Virus record (IMG/VR): IMGVR_UViG_3300026522_000022
Span: 32,001-96,000 of that record
From: a virus
Lineage: Duplodnaviria > Caudoviricetes
Strand: one strand, 5' to 3'
Length of the DNA: 64,000 nt
Part shown: piece after piece, positions 37,850-49,255 of the stretch
Position numbering within the stretch: the first letter of the stretch is position 1
Layout: every line of letters begins with the position of its first letter
Position numbers and translations under genes: made by a program
Notes under the pieces: generated by a model
Database searches by the model: none
What the model was told of the DNA's origin: nothing
The model's input: the letters and a program-made list of their open reading frames with translations, nothing else

Positions 37850-38467
37850 TTATACGTTTTTGGCCAAACCTTTATGTATCCCATGAATTTTAATTCAATA
37901 ATATATCATAGATACTATTTTAGATGAATCTTTTTCATTATGAAAAATAAGAAAATCCTTAAAATAATCGTTTAAATATTTTTCCATTTTCTTAAAATCT
38001 TTATGGTCAGCAATAATACGTCTAATAAATTCTTTTTTAAGTTTATTTTCACGTTTTATTGACCTATTTAATCTAGTAAAAACATTTGTATCTATATATA
38101 TAGGAATAATAGTATAAAAACTTTGCAGTTCATTTAATTGTTTTAAACTTTTAGGATTAAAAATTCCAATATTTATCATAGTATCGACTATTTGAAATTT
38201 ATTTGTTCCATAATATCAATTATTAAATTTAGTATATTCTAAATACCGTCCAAATATAATATTATGCCCGAATACTTTATTAGAAACAAAATGATAATCT
38301 ATATCTTGATACTCATCTTTTCTTCGCGGTCTAGTTGTATCGTGTAACAAAAGTTTTGAAGGAATATTATTTTTCTTTAAAAGTTTATGCAATTCTATTG
38401 CTAGAGTATTTTTTCCAGATGCAGATTTTCCTAAAAATGCTATAATTATAGGTTTAATTTTCTTCAT
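37850..38467 (-). CDS. gmk: Guanylate-kinase-like nucleotide kinase (205 aa, 2 TGA)
   Basis: GKSASGKNT P-loop, TTRPRR...DYHFVS, FNN(W)YYGT. Confidence 0.75.
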
Positions 38468-41400
38468 CTTTTTCTCCCCAACGTTTATTAGTAAACTCTA
38501 ATGTACCATCCTCGTTAATCTGAGTAATCTTATAAAGTTGGTGTGAATTTGTCTTTTTATAAGCTTTCGTAAAGAACATATTTCCACGACGAAAACCATT
38601 CACCATTACTTTTGTACCACGAGTAAACCAACCATTTTCCTTTACTTTTTTTGTTCCATCAATCTGAACTTCACTAATCCTTCTATTATACTTTGCATAA
38701 TAATCACGACTAAATTTAACTGTTACAACTCCACTGTTCGGAGTCAAAATACTAATTGATGATTTATTATCATCTTTCGCAATTACAGTCCCAACAATTC
38801 TTAATGTTTTAAAAATTGGAATCCGCACATTGTTTCTCTTAAAGGTATAATCAACAACTGGATCTTCTGGCAAATACTCATATTCATGAATATTATACTT
38901 CTCACAATCAATATTCTTCAAAACATGTGGATGATAATAAAATCCTAAACTATCCATTTCCCAATCAGACAATGTACCTTCCGCATACTTATCCCATACC
39001 TCTTGGAACAAAGTATTATTCAATTTATTAAGAATATCTTCTTGATGCTGCTTAAAATATGTGCGGGCCGCATCCATTCCCTTATCATAAAGTTTCTTCC
39101 AAACTTTCTGACTAATTACCAATTCACCATCAATATTTGGTTCAAGTAAATCTACATCAAAAAATTCTTCATAAAAGTCATAATAATTATCTTTTACAAT
39201 AAAATCATCACCACTTTTACAATTTGCTTTTAGTGCTTTATTAAACACAAACAATCTTTTTTGAAACTCAAGATGTTCTGGAATCAAATTTCTTTCCATT
39301 AATCCATTAAAATTTTGAAGTGTAATTCTCTTTTTTGGTTCGCAAACACTCCAAATATATTCTTTCATAATTTCTTCTCTTTTACCAAATGAATCAAATG
39401 CTCCACTCTTAATCAAAGAAATCATAACAGTTTTATTACACTTAACTTTCTGTTGAAAGTCTGTTAAACTTGCGTATGGTCTATTCGCAATAATTTGCTG
39501 AATAATTTCTCCACCAACGCCATTTAATGCCTTCATGCCGTATAGAATCGTGTCTGTTACAACATCCGGTTCAAACATATAACCAGAACGATTAATATCA
39601 ATCAATGATACATCAATGCCGCGATTAATAATATTACCTACTGCTTTTGCAATCTTACCATAGTTTGTACTTGCTTCTTCCTCCAAACCACTGTCAACTC
39701 GAAGACAAGCTGTATTCCAATAGACAGGATTGAAATAAGTTGCGAGATAAATCGTTTGCAAACCAACAAAACTATATGCTAAACTATGAATTAAACTAAA
39801 ACTATCATTCACCCTCAAGTTTCCAAGAGGAATAGACTATCTCTTACCCGCTTTCGCGGGAACACCCATTTCCAATTACGTATCAATAGTAATTGTACTC
39901 CCAGTCTCACCCAGGATAGTCGTTACAGGTTTCTTAGTGGATATTTTATATTGTTATCTTTATGTGTTTCGCCCTTATTGATACGTCGGACTGTTTCAAT
40001 AGAGCAATTATATTTTTGACTTATTTCTGTTATTGATAAATTGTTTTGTAACAATTCTTCTTTTATGTAGTCTGCTTTATTTTTCTTTCTTATTGGATAA
40101 GTAGGATACAATCCTTTTCTTAATTTTCCACTATTTATTTTTTTAACAGTAGAATATCCAATATTTAATTGTCTTGCTATGTCAGCTAAAGATAAATAAG
40201 ATTCAGTTAATAATTCAATTAATTCGTCATAATCAGAATCTTTTTTATAATACTGAAAAAGAGGATAATCAATATCTTCATCGTGATAATAAATTCCATG
40301 ATTAACAGATGATATAAAACTTGCACTTATATTATATTTATTTTGTAACTCATAATATTCAATACCTTGTTTTATATCTTCTTTTAATTGTTGAATTTGT
40401 TCATTAGATAATTTACCTTCATACTTGCGAGATCCACCCAAGTCCATGTTATATCCTTGTCCAAATCCGCAATATGATTTTTTATTATCAATTCAATATT
40501 GTTCTCGACTATTTATATAATTTTGATCATTACTAGTTCCTTGCTCCAATAAATATATATTAAAATTATTTTCTCCATATTGTCTAATTTTTTTATGAAT
40601 AAGATCATTATAAGAACTAGCATTTTTATTAAAAGCACAAGAACGATGTTCATTAATTCGACGGTTATAATTATTAGTTTGTCCGACATAATTATGACCA
40701 TTAATTTTATTTTCATAACAATATATATAATACATTTCCACCAAGCCTTCCCACGGGATTGCCATCACAAATGGGGTATATTTTATACCCTCATTATATA
40801 TTAGGTTTCCCCGTTAGCCAATTATAAAAATTGACCCCGCCGATAAACGGAAAAGGTGTTTAGGGGCAAGTTTTTTGTTTACCCCATCTGCGGCTTAATT
40901 GCTGTTTCCCAAATATACGCACCAAGATTTTCTGAAGTTGCTCTATCCATTACTCTTTGATGAAGTTCTTCAATACGATTCATTTGTTTCTTTGCACAAA
41001 TTTTTCTCGCATCGTTCGCTTCTTTCAATGTAAACCCGCAAATATCTTTGTCCATCAAAATCATCATCATATCTTCTTGCTGTGCGGGCGTTGCATAAGT
41101 TGACAGATAATACTTTTCCAATACCGCAATATCATGTTGAGTAATATGCCATCTTTTAAGCTCATCATACCAAAGATTCATATTATCCATCATTCGCTTA
41201 TATCGTTCAGTCGGCGTCTCTCCACCTTTTTCTGTTGCCATCAGCCGCATACAACTATTACTGTTTGCCATTTCCTTTGGTGTGCGCGGCTGCAATGTTT
41301 TAACTGTCTGACTTCCAACTTGTGAATCAAACTGGAATAACTTCAAAACATTTCCAGATGCTAATGTATCCCACATTTTATCATCTTGAATCGGCAAAAC

Positions 41401-43351
41401 ATCTGGATGAATGTACTTATTATAAACTTCTCGCAAAGTTAATTCTGGTTCAATTTCTTCATGCTCTTGGAGCATTTGAATACACTGAACAATAACATCC
41501 TGAATTTCTGTTACAAGAAAATCATACTTTACATCACCTACATATTCCGCGTCATGAAGTGAATATTGAGTTACAATTGCTCCACTCGTTGCTTTCATAA
41601 AACATGCTGTCTTATATGGGTCATTATCATAAAAATTAACGCCTGACGCATGAATACCACGATGGTTAATAAGACCCTCAATGTTTTCAATAATATTCAA
41701 AAGTCCTGGATACTTGTTTACTTCATTAATAAAATTCTTTACTGGTTTGCGGCCAGTCTCTTCGTTTCCATATACCAGATCATGAATCGGCCAAACAAAT
41801 CCTCGCTCAGATGGCGCAAGACTTGTCATATACTGCGCAATATCGTTGTCAATTCCATTTGGAAAACTTTCACTACGATAACCACGACATGCTGTTGCAA
41901 TTGCAGAACGAGTTGACTCTGTTCCATATGTACAAACTTGAACACATCCAAGTTGTCCGCGCTCTTCACGAATCTTACTAAAAATCTTTTCTCTCTTGGA
42001 TGGACAAATATCAATATCAATGTCGGGGAGTTCTACACGATCTTTATTCAGAAAACGCCAATATGGAAGTTCATACTTAATCGGGTCAAGCTGTGTAATA
42101 CCGAGAAGATAATGATTTAATCCTGCACAAGCTGAACCACGACCCGCGCCTACTGTGCTGCCGCACTCCCAAAAAAGATTAATATAATGCTGAAGAAAGA
42201 TTGGATAACTAAACATACAAGTTTCCAACTTATCTCCAATTGTTTTTTGAATATCTGCTTCCTCTTCAAGACGCTGAAGATAAACATCATTATATAAACC
42301 AAGTTCTTTAAGTTTATCTACACAATAATTAACCCAATATCTTTCTTGAATTTCGTCACTTTGATAAAGATAATCAAGAGTTTTATATCCAAGAGAAGAT
42401 GAAATCTTAGGATAATTATGAACCTCTACTTGCGGCACCTGCTGTTTGTGTGCCAAATTAAAATTTTCAATCTTATCATAAATCTCTATTGTATTCTTTT
42501 CAAGTTCATAATAATCAAGGCCAGTATCTTTAAGATTTTCAATTACTTCTTCAGTTGATTGAAGATATGCATACTCATAAAATGCATCGACTTCTCGCTC
42601 ACCATTCTTTGAATTAAGATATGCTTTATGAACTTCTCTATCTGCTTTTGAAAGATAATGCGCGTCAGTTGTTACAATAATCTTAACACCAAAATATTGC
42701 GCGAGAGCTTTCATGCGGCTGTTGACAACCATCTGCTCTCTACTTCTTGCTGGCTGAACTTCAAAATAATAATCATCACCGAACACATACTTGCACCACT
42801 CAACAAAGTCAATAATTTGATTATAATACTTTGTTTTACCCTCAATGTTTCCAAGATGTTCAGCCTTGCACATTTCAAGAATACAATAATCAAGTTCTGA
42901 ACCAAGACATGCGGAGGATGCAATTAGATTTCCTCGACCATACTTTCTCACAATACCTTCGAGGTCACTTTTAAGAGTTGGAACCCTCTCCATACCACGG
43001 TCATAATAACTATTCATCCATGCAATAGACGAAAGTTCACGTAACATTTTATGTCCTGTTGCATTCTTTGCAATCAAGATAAAATGATAATATTTTTGCC
43101 CAGTTTCTCTCGTATCAGTAAGATAAATTTCATTACCGAGTGCTACTTTAAAATCAGGATATTCTTTCGCAATTTGATGACGATATTTATCTATAACCAC
43201 ATGACCGCCGAGAGACTCGTGATCCGTAACGGCGATCCCCGTAAGTCCAAGTTCAATTGCTCTATCTATAAGTTTTTCTGGGAAGTTAATTGAGTCAAAG
43301 TAAACGAATATTGCTGTACATTGTATGACTATGCAGCTCCATCCTACCCAA
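38454..43351 (-). CDS. dnaE: DNA polymerase III alpha subunit (~1273 aa); needs a +1 frameshift at 43300-43294 and splicing of intron 40880-39806
   Basis: PHP motifs LHSHTMYS..LL/DS...AVTDHE, GAGRGSA, PDIDID, HASG, KYDFL; splice restores MG|YSFSLIHS; strong AAGGAGG RBS before TTG 43351. Confidence 0.9.
39806..40880 (-). mobile_element. Group I intron in dnaE (1075 nt) with GIY-YIG endonuclease
   Basis: P1 GGGGT/GCCCC; terminal G; T|AT restores Tyr of GYSF. Confidence 0.9.
39923..40735 (-). CDS. Intron-encoded GIY-YIG homing endonuclease (270 aa, 1 TGA)
   Basis: YIYCYENKINGHNYVGQT...RRINEH...EQY(W)I...GYNMDLGG; HTH-like repeats. Confidence 0.85.
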
Positions 43352-43395
43352 TATTCTCCCTCCTTTCAAACTATTCTTTCTCAATTTGTATATTT

Positions 43396-43424
43396 ATTAT
43401 ATCATAAAAAAACAGAGCTGTCAA
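43396..43424 (-). promoter_or_regulatory. Sigma70/SigA-type promoter of dnaE
   Basis: TTGACA-17-TATAAT with TG; the -35 lies inside the inverted repeat agagctgtc-aaac-gacagctct. Confidence 0.8.
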
Positions 43425-43456
43425 ACGACAGCTCTTATTACCTTATAAAAATTAGA

Positions 43457-43702
43457 TTACTTAAAGGCCGCACAAATTTCTTGCAACTGTTTTTGGTTTT
43501 GAATCACTTCATTGATGACTGTATTTGGTACAGTAAACTCTACATATATTTTATGTTTTTCTGTATCTGCGCGAAGATTATCTGGAAAATAAAACATTAC
43601 TTCATTTGACTCTTCATCAACGGGGCCTCGAAGTAAAAATGTAGAAAATTGGTGCGCACGCATAAAATTTAAAAATGGTTGATAAGCATCATCAAGTTCC
43701 AT
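43457..43702 (-). CDS. Hypothetical protein (81 aa)
   Basis: Track ORF with RBS. Confidence 0.6.
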   Translation of the reverse strand: MELDDAYQPFLNFMRAHQFSTFLLRGPVDEESNEVMFYFPDNLRADTEKHKIYVEFTVPNTVINEVIQNQKQLQEICAAFK

Positions 43703-43711
43703 ATTAATATC

Positions 43712-43960
43712 CTATTCCTCTATTATGTCTTTTACACTTAAAAATAACAAAGCGATTTGTTCAAATCCTTGTTCATCTTTTCATTGAGAAAGTTCTTCTT
43801 TAGTGAATTGACATCGTTCATCCTGGGTGGGGTCTATGATTTTTAATTTATTAACTATTTTATCAAACATAAAACTATGTAAAATTAACGAATCTAATTC
43901 AGTTAATAGCTCTTTAGGATTAAATTCTACATATTCTTCTGTATTCATTAGAACACCCAT
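43712..43960 (-). CDS. Hypothetical protein (82 aa, 1 TGA)
   Basis: Open under code 4, downstream of promoter 43984. Confidence 0.55.
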
Positions 43961-43983
43961 TCCTCTCTTAATTTTCTATATTA

Positions 43984-44012
43984 ATTATACCATATTATTT
44001 TTTATCTGTCAA
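43984..44012 (-). promoter_or_regulatory. Sigma70/SigA-type promoter
   Basis: TTGACA-17-TATAAT with TG. Confidence 0.75.
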
Positions 44013-44098
44013 TTATTAAAATATCCTGCGCTAATAATTATAATTTTATACCATTAAAATAAAAAGGCTATTTTCATTTAAAAAAATAGCCTTTATCT

Positions 44099-44851
44099 TT
44101 AAAATGATCAATCTTTTAGCAATCCATCTTTATAATAACCGAGCTTTTCAACTCCTTTTTGATTATTTTTATTAACTGTGCGGAAACCGGTTCCTTCTCA
44201 AGCTAAATCAAAATCATCAGGCAATGTCTGTTCACTACATAAAACATAGCATCTTTTACTTAATTCTCTAACCCAATCCCAATATTTTGCATGATCAAAC
44301 CCTCGCTCTCAAGAATAACCATATTGAGTAGTGTTTTCATATGGCGGGTCACAATAAACAAGACTACCATTAGCAATATCCAAATTTTGATATTCACTAC
44401 AAATGAAAGTTACATCTTCTAAATTTGGAATCTGAGCTTTAAAATTTCTATATCTTTCATCATATACATCACGGTTACGTCCAGCTTCAGCATAACTTCC
44501 ACAAAATCCTTTCGCTGCGAAAGAATGAAAAAATGCATATGCTCCTTGTACATACAAAGGAATATCTGATTCAACTTGATCTCGATAAACATCTCGAGCT
44601 TTATTAAACTCTTCTCGAGAACAAGAAGTAGGAATTTTTGAAAAATCTTCTTGACCTTGTTTAAAAAGTGCAATTAAAATTTTATTCTTATCAGCACCAT
44701 ATTTATTTTTACACTTTATCTTATCAATAATATTAGCACCGCCTACAAAAGGTTCTCAATAAATCTCTATTCCCTTTTTATCAATTATTTCTTGTAATTT
44801 TGGAACTATATTTCCGGCATATTTTAATTTACTTCCCATATAAGTAACCAT
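44099..44851 (-). CDS. Dam-like DNA adenine methyltransferase (250 aa); TGA=Trp
   Basis: YMGSK, Y(W)EPFVGGANII, VYCDPPY motifs. Confidence 0.85.
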
Positions 44852-44861
44852 AAATTAACTC

Positions 44862-47709
44862 CTAAAAAACTCATTTAGTATCCAGTTTATAATCTTCTAC
44901 AATAAGTTGAGCGCTAACATTCCCATTCCATTCATTTTTAGCTGCTCGACAAATTGCAGTTAAAATTTTATTTTGACCTATAAAATTTTCATACTCTTCT
45001 TGCGAAGATTTAAATTTCATAATATCAATTCCATTATCAAGATGAATCTTAATCGTTGGGTGCTTATCTGGAGAAAGTAAATGTACTTGATAAGGTTGAA
45101 TAGAAATGTTTTCTATACAAATATAAGGTTCAGAAATTTCTTGTCCCCAATAAGGTTTTGCTTCTGCTATTGAGAGGATATCATCGCTGCTCATGTCATT
45201 CAAAGACCAAATAAAGTCCACCCAATAGATAGGAGAATTAGATACATTTTTATATTGTTCATTTGTACTCTCTATAAAATCTTCTAATTTTGATTCTGGG
45301 ATAGAAATACCGAATGCTGAATCATGACCTTGCGCATATTCTACATCGCCCGTATCTTCACAGAGCTGCCGCATATCTTGAATTTCAGACATATTATAGT
45401 TGCGGGCGCTGCCACGATAAAACACTTCTTTATCATCTTTAGTTTTACTTTTAATTAATACTAAACAAGGACGCTGATATTTTGCTTGAATTTTATTTGC
45501 AACTAGTCCTGCGAGATTTTTTTCTACTTCTCCTGGTTCACACTTAAAAATAAGAATGGCATTGTCAAGAAGATTTTCCTCTAATATCTTGTTTTCAAGA
45601 AGAGCCATTGTCGAATCTTGTAACTTTGTTTGTCTTGCTTTAACATTGGTACAAATCCTTACTGCTTCTTCTACTCTTGGAACCATTTCTCCTTTGTGAC
45701 CACGTTTGCCGCTAGGAATTTCCTCGAAAGCGTACATCTGTAAAAATGATTTAAAAATCATATCTTTTTCTTCTGCGGTTCCTGAACGAACCATAGCATT
45801 AATAAAAGGAGTTACATAAAATGCAATTGACATGTAATTAATGCCACCCATTTTATTAATACTAAACTCATTCTTTTCTGTCATATAATAAAAGAATGGG
45901 TTTTTAATATTTTTTAATCCTAAATTAATAATAGCTCTGGTTTCTAATGAACGATAGTCCATCATATCAGACAACCACAAACTCTATTGTTTCCAATAGT
46001 GCAGACTATATTTTACTCATATGAGTATATCTCTTTCGGTTTTCACGCACTTCGTTTCCTAAAATGCGGCTGCGTATCAATAGCAACCCTACTTCCCAGC
46101 ATTTCAACCTAAGGAATAGTCGTTACAGGCTTCGATTTAAATATTCTTTCAAGTATATCTATAACAAACTTTTCTAATTGTTTCTTTTGAAACTTCTTGA
46201 TAATCTTTAGCAATTTGTTTTCATTGCTCTCCATCATCAAATCTTTTTCTAATAGCTAAAACTTTTTCTTTTGTAAGTTTTGCTTTATTATTTCTTTCTC
46301 CAGAATTAGCGATTGAAGAATATTCTTGACGAGTTTTAGCTCCTTTAGGAATTATAAATTCTTGACCGATTTCTTTATAGCCATTTCCTAATCAAACATT
46401 TTCAAATGTATTAAAAGATATATTGTTATAATCTTTATATACATCTACTTTTCTTTCTCCAAAAAATCTACGTTTTCTAATATCTAAAACTTGTTCATTG
46501 GTAAAAACTGCTTGATTAAAATCAGAACCACTTAAAGTTGAATTATCTCCGCCAGGAGTTAAATTATATCCTTTTTCTTTATCATTAGAATGATAAAAAG
46601 CAATTCAATATTTTTCTCGTTCTCCCATCTGCATTCTATTTTCAGAATTGCAGAAATCAAGAATTTCTATTTCTTCAATTTTTCCATATTTATTAATAGC
46701 TAAATCACAAGGAGTTTTATTTGTTGATGGATTATTATGTTCTCACATTCTTCTTCTAATATCATTACTCATTCCTATATATATTTTATTATTAGGGAAA
46801 GTAATTTTGTAAATGCCAGACATATTATCCATTAAATCTTTTACTTGAATTTTCATAATACCTCCCTTCCGCAGGAGATATTTAAATCGATTCCCACGGG
46901 ATTGCCATGTATAATAGAGGTTTATCCATCATGTCTTCATGTCTCTATTATATTTAGGTTTCCCCGTTAGCAAATTATTGAGTTTTACCCAAAAATTTAC
47001 CCCGCTGATAAACGGAAAAGATATATTAGCACGTTTATAAGTTCATGCCTAAAGCAGCTAAATCTAATAAATCAACAGAATGACATTTAACTTCAAAATA
47101 ATTGCCACCATTGGAAAAATAAGAGTCCATTGCACGACACATATGCCATGTTACGCCAGCACCACTTAAATTTTTATTAGGATAATCACAAATTTGATTA
47201 TTAATTATAATGGCATTTTTATTCCATACATCTGAATGGTGATGATCCATACAAATTACATCTATACCATTATCTAAAAGAGCTTGCATTTCATCTACAT
47301 CATTAGTTCCTGCATCTGGTATAACAACTAATTTTGTCCAATTATCATTTAAAATATCTTCATAACAATCAGCTAATCCGTGTTGTTTACCTGTATGTAA
47401 TATATAATCTATATGCGTAGCCGCATATTCTGGTCATTGAGCGTATAGGTAATTAATAAATATCGCGGCAGAAGTAAAACCATCTGCATCACTATCTACA
47501 ACAACAGTAATATTATCTTCATCGTGATATGCTTGAATTATTCTTTGAATAAGTCTATTAACCATTTCTTGACCAAATAGACTTTCATCATAAATTTGTT
47601 TTCCATCTGCGTTTAACCAAGTATCTAATTCATCGAATTTTAATCCACGATTAATTAATACCTGGGTTAATGCTGAATATTTTGGTTCATTAAATATTTT
47701 GTAAATCAC
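44862..47709 (-). CDS. recJ: RecJ-like DHH ssDNA exonuclease (~592 aa); exons 47709-47045 and 45975-44862; 2 TGA
   Basis: DSDADGFTS, PDAG, DHH, LSGAGV; splice gives AALGM|LSDMMD; GSAR and GHDSAFG. Confidence 0.88.
45976..47044 (-). mobile_element. Group I intron in recJ (1069 nt) with GIY-YIG endonuclease
   Basis: P1 GGCAT/GTGCT; terminal G; core shared with the dnaE and gyrB introns. Confidence 0.85.
46137..46856 (-). CDS. Intron-encoded GIY-YIG homing endonuclease (239 aa, about 5 TGA; absent from track)
   Basis: SGIYKITFPNNKIYIGMSNDIRRRM(W)EH...EKY(W)I...GYNLTPGG; GGAGG RBS. Confidence 0.85.
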
Positions 47710-47902
47710 TATAGTCCGCCTTATATCCTTTACAACGAAAACCTCCTATGGTTTCGTAACGCCAATCTTTCAATATCTTTTTCTTTAACGTACAATACCA
47801 ATAATCTGGGATATGCGGGACGTCAATCCCACGATATTTACTATAAACACACCATCTACAACGGTGATGTTTATCTCTATACTTCGTGTTTACTGATTGC
47901 AT
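47690..47902 (-). CDS. Small Cys-rich hypothetical protein
   Basis: CRWC...C...C pattern; overlaps the recJ start. Confidence 0.45.
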   Translation of the reverse strand: MQSVNTKYRDKHHRCRWCVYSKYRGIDVPHIPDYWYCTLKKKILKDWRYETIGGFRCKGYKADYSDLQNI

Positions 47903-48071
47903 TTTCTCACTCTTCACGAATTTGTTCTTCTAATTGATATAATTTTTTCCATATTTTATATTTAACAGAATCTTTTTCTTCTAGCCATTCTTCAAAATCT
48001 TCTCTTAAAATTTCTGATTCTACTAAGAAACCATATACACAAGACAAAGGAATCTCTCTTAATTTTTTCAT
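47877..48071 (-). CDS. Hypothetical protein (64 aa, 1 TGA)
   Basis: AAGGAGG RBS; open under code 4. Confidence 0.5.
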
Positions 48072-48172
48072 ACAAGGAACCTCCTTTTCTCGTTCATAGC
48101 TTCAAAGTTCTCAAAGAATTAAATCAAAATAATTTGATATAAAAAGAACATCACAATCAGAAAATTCCTTCA

Positions 48173-49246
48173 TTATAATATCACCCTATTTCTAAATAAA
48201 TATAAAAATTTGTCTTTTCCACAATCTAATGGAGAATCTTTATACCCTAGTTGATTATTTTCTTTATCAAACAAGAAACTAATTGTTACATATGGACTAT
48301 ATTTATCATAAATTTTTTGTAATTTATCTACGACTTTATTGTACTCTTCTGAATTTATTTCGTCAAAATCTTTATCGAATCCAATGATAACTTCATGTGC
48401 GCCGCATTCTTCTAACAATTGAAATTGATATTTTGATAATGAGCTGCCGCACACAGCGACGCATATATTTGACATAGTTCCAAAATAACTCATAAACTGT
48501 AAAACAGATTTTTCAGATTCAACTACAAGAGCTACGCCCATATCTTTAATATTGTCTTTCGCTTTATCTAATCCATATAAATTAAAAGCCAAAGGATGAT
48601 TGCAGAGTTTTCCTCTTATTTTGGTTGGTCTATATTTACCATATTTTTCATCCTCTTGGACAAGAGTTCTTTGTCTAATACCAACCAACCTACCATTTTC
48701 ATCTTTATGCGGAATTAAGATAACCCCATTTTCTGGATTATATCTTATCCCCATATAATCACAAATTTCTTTTTTAATTCCTTCTTTATACCAAGGAACA
48801 ATTAAAGGTTGTGGATAATTAATTAAAACTGATTCGTTATATTCTGGCAATTCTACTTTTTCATTATTAATTTCAATGTCGTTAATTTTATCATAACGAC
48901 TAAAAATCTTCCAATCTTCAATTGTAAAATCATCATCAGCTTCGCTAATTTGACTTTGAAGATTGAAGAAATTAACTACAAAATAGATTGCCTTATTTAG
49001 ATCGTCAATCTCTCTAACCTTTTGGACTAGTTCAAAAACATCAAAACTGCCGCATGAACCTGTATAACATTTAAACAACTGTGTATTCTCATAGTAATAT
49101 AACTTATGTGAATCACCATTATGACAAATAGTCTTTGCTACAATATAATTACTATACATTTCTGGTTCAGCTTCAAAGAAATCCAATAGAGAGTAAATAT
49201 CTTCTAGTTCAAGATTTTCTTTAACTATTTCTTTACTATAAGACAT
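48173..49246 (-). CDS. dnaG: DNA primase (Zn-finger plus TOPRIM)
   Basis: TICH...FKCYTGSCG; VVESEKSV...IIGFDKD...KDSP. Confidence 0.8.
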   Translation of the reverse strand: MSYSKEIVKENLELEDIYSLLDFFEAEPEMYSNYIVAKTICHNGDSHKLYYYENTQLFKCYTGSCGSFDVFELVQKVREIDDLNKAIYFVVNFFNLQSQISEADDDFTIEDWKIFSRYDKINDIEINNEKVELPEYNESVLINYPQPLIVPWYKEGIKKEICDYMGIRYNPENGVILIPHKDENGRLVGIRQRTLVQEDEKYGKYRPTKIRGKLCNHPLAFNLYGLDKAKDNIKDMGVALVVESEKSVLQFMSYFGTMSNICVAVCGSSLSKYQFQLLEECGAHEVIIGFDKDFDEINSEEYNKVVDKLQKIYDKYSPYVTISFLFDKENNQLGYKDSPLDCGKDKFLYLFRNRVIL

Positions 49247-49255
49247 CTACCCTCC

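Noticed and set aside
43198-43200. GTG at 43200 as the true dnaE start
   Set aside because: Weak RBS, and it would delete the PHP HxH and TDH motifs. The promoter and strong RBS point to TTG at 43351.
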